A stretch of 63,838 nt of DNA, filler included, from Octopus bimaculoides (Eukaryota), in NCBI RefSeq assembly GCF_001194135.2. It is 5 parts of 5 records of this genome, joined end to end, with 100 filler letters (N's around TTAATTAATTAA, not from the genome) between each part and the next. Parts side by side here need not be neighbours in the genome. Positions count along the whole stretch, not along the records: positions 56,230 to 63,838 come from NC_068996.1; 4 more parts are not named here. One strand, 5' to 3'. This document shows positions 61,479-63,838 of the stretch, piece by piece. Positions within the stretch are counted from its first letter, which is position 1; each line of letters starts with the position of its first letter. The notes under the pieces were generated by a model, which worked only from the letters and a program-made list of their open reading frames with translations, did not search any database and was not told the origin of the DNA. A program made the position numbers and the translations under genes.

Positions 61479-63074
61479 ATAAAAGCAAGACTACGAGAAA
61501 GAAAAAACTTCATAAACATTAATATTTATAAAATATGAAACATTGAGTTATTTTACCTTTTTCTTCCTCCAGTAAAAAGAGTCTTTTTTTTTTCTCTTTG
61601 TGTGTATGTGTGTGTGTATGTATGTATGTGTGTGTATGTGTATGTGATACCCGTTGCTGCCGTTGTGCCAGCTTTCTTCCTCAATATGGCAAGCTGCACA
61701 CTGCCTGCCTAGCAATATGAATGTAAACTACTTGGTCGTACTACAGCGAATGTAGATTCATTGCTGCTTCATCACGTAATCCAAAATTAGCGAACCAATC
61801 GCCCGGTGCCTGCTATGCTGAAAGCATTTCCATTTTTGCATCCTTGGGTGAGAAAAGGTACGTGTTTTGCCATTGGTCGGAGTCTGTTGGAGGGGGAGAG
61901 TGAAAGAGAAAGAAAGGAACACTAATCCTACTACCACCATCACCACCACCACCACCACCGCTTTCGTATGAAGGAGAGAAGTGAGTACAAATACAGAGGG
62001 GGAGAAACAAAGAAAGAGAAAATACGACACATTGAAAGAATGACACATGGAGGTAGAAAAATGGGAAATAAGGGAGTAGGGAGGAAGGCAAGCGTGACAG
62101 GGAGATAGAGAGATTGAAAGAGTTAAAGACAAAGAGAGAGAGGGGAGAGGAGTGCAAGCGTGACAGTTAAATTGAATGAATTAATGAGAGAGAGAGAGAG
62201 AGAGAGAGAAAGAGGGAGTGGTTGGAGCAATGAGGGTAAGTACGACAAGCAGCTCTAGAGATTGAAAGAGTTAAAAGAGAAAAACAAGGTTTTAGTGACA
62301 GGGACACATAAAAATATTTCAAGACTTTATTCATTGAAAATTTAAATTAACATTAAGAATATAACGGATTAACAGTAGAAATAAAACGGTATCTACAGGG
62401 AAAACAGAATTAATAAGATTAGAAAAGAAACACGGGAAATATTAAAATTTAAGAAAAAAAATATTTTAAACATTGAACATTCAAAAATAGTTGATGAAAT
62501 AAATTATATAAAATCTTAAATTAAAAGTGATCTACATTAATTAAAACTAACCTAGAAAAATATCAAAACAACGCAAATGAAATCAATATCGCTTCCCCTA
62601 CTTAAAAAAAATGTAGCTAATCGATTACGTAAGAAAGATTAAAAAATAAAACGCAGAAAGAAAAGGAAGAGACTTTATTGCATGCTTTTAAAGGGCCAAA
62701 AGGTGAAAGCCTCGTTTTAATATCGCGTAAACACGCACCTGCCTACTATTACTACGACTGCTACTACTACTATACAACCATTACTACTGTTACTACGATT
62801 TTCTATCATTACTACTACTACTACTATAACTACTACAGTGTACAGCTGCTTCGGTGTTGAGATGACCGTAGCTCTCTCTTTTCCCTCTGCCAAAAACACC
62901 TACAAACAAATTCATTTTTAATTCATCGAAAACAATAACTTAAGCGCACACACATATAAAGGCGGGTGAAGAAGAAAAAATAAAATGAAGTATATTGGGA
63001 GTGAAAGGAATATTTTGTGAGCCCTGATCCAAAAAGAAAAAAAAATTATCTAGATAATTCTCTTTAGTCACAAA

Positions 63075-63210
63075 GTGGTCGGTAAGCCTGCTAGAAATAG
63101 CTACCCTTTGAACAATGAAGTAAGGATAATGAAATACTGGATACAGTCATGTTGCAAAATTCAGTTATAATTTTGTCTAATTATGGTTGTCTTCGGTTTA
63201 AACAAGAGCA
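63075..63210 (+). mobile_element. dispersed family E-like copy
   Basis: GTGGTCGGTAAGCCTGCTAGAAATAGC...GGTTTAAACAAGAGCAATAAT. Confidence 0.5.
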
Positions 63211-63645
63211 ATAATAATTTCATCGCTTTGAATTTTATTTTAATATTGACTGTATTGAGTCTTACAAGAGCGCACACGCAAAACTAATACAAATCTAACT
63301 TCTTGTTAATAACACTGGGATTTTATTTAAGGTACGAACTCTATTGTTGCTTATATATATATANNNNNNNNNNCTCTCTCTCTCTCTCTAAATGTATGTG
63401 TGCGTGTGTATATATGCGTATATAAGTATAATGTGTATATATATAATGTATACATATCTATACATCTATACTTGTGTTTATACACATACATATGGATATA
63501 TATATAAACATACATGCATATATATCTACATGTATACATACATACGTATATACATGCATACATACGTACACATATACATGTGTACGTACATGTTTATATG
63601 TGTAACCACATGTGGATCATTGGCGATTTTTTTCCTCTGTCTCCT

Positions 63646-63680
63646 GTTTCTGAAGAAGAGCTTTGCTTGAAATGTAAAAC
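63646..63680 (+). ncRNA. minimal hammerhead-like motif with apparent CpG decay
   Basis: GTTT-CTGAAGA-A-GAGC-TTT-GCTT-GAA-ATGT-A-AAAC: stem I GTTT/AAAC. Reverting two TG to CG gives canonical GCTCGAAACGTA. Confidence 0.55.
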
Positions 63681-63778
63681 TACTTTTCTTTCCTTCCCTG
63701 TGCATCTTATCAATATTTTGCATGTACCACGTCCTCGCGTTGTTGTTTTTGTTGTTGTTGTGTTTTTCTTCGTTTTAC

Positions 63779-63815
<37 letters not shown>

Positions 63816-63838
63816 GTTATTATTATTATCATATATAT

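Noticed and set aside
1-63838. Most ORF-track entries (poly-YI, HT, CV, LS, R, E and X-containing ORFs up to 499 aa)
   Set aside because: They are translations of di-, tri- and tetranucleotide microsatellites or read-through of N gaps; no domain content.

Overview
63.8 kb of a gappy (about 29 N-runs, about 11 kb), AT-rich, microsatellite-saturated eukaryotic draft assembly. The repeat families and simple-repeat load point to an Octopus-like cephalopod genome (inference; no database search was possible). I found no host protein-coding gene, tRNA gene or rRNA gene that I can support. Nearly all ORF-track entries are microsatellite or N-gap artefacts. Real content is transposable-element debris: several tRNA-headed SINE families, RTE-clade LINE 3' fragments (one with a near-intact RT segment), three 3' fragments of restriction-like-endonuclease (RLE) LINEs, two mariner elements, a Tc1/maT-like element, and the 5' part of a Gypsy LTR retrotransposon. 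Most notable: (1) a head-to-head fold-back dimer of a tRNA-headed SINE whose two arms each carry an identical, intact-looking minimal Penelope-type hammerhead ribozyme (42833-43412), with further decayed hammerhead-like motifs at about 9.2, 25.2 and 63.65 kb; (2) a Gypsy element whose predicted primer-binding site is complementary to the 5' end, not the 3' CCA end, of tRNA-Phe; (3) snap-back inverted duplications at truncated retroelement ends; (4) a (CATA)n-associated RLE LINE family; (5) a satellite built from the head of an unclassified dispersed repeat, running into head-to-tail full copies. Coordinates were counted by hand and may be off by a few bases.
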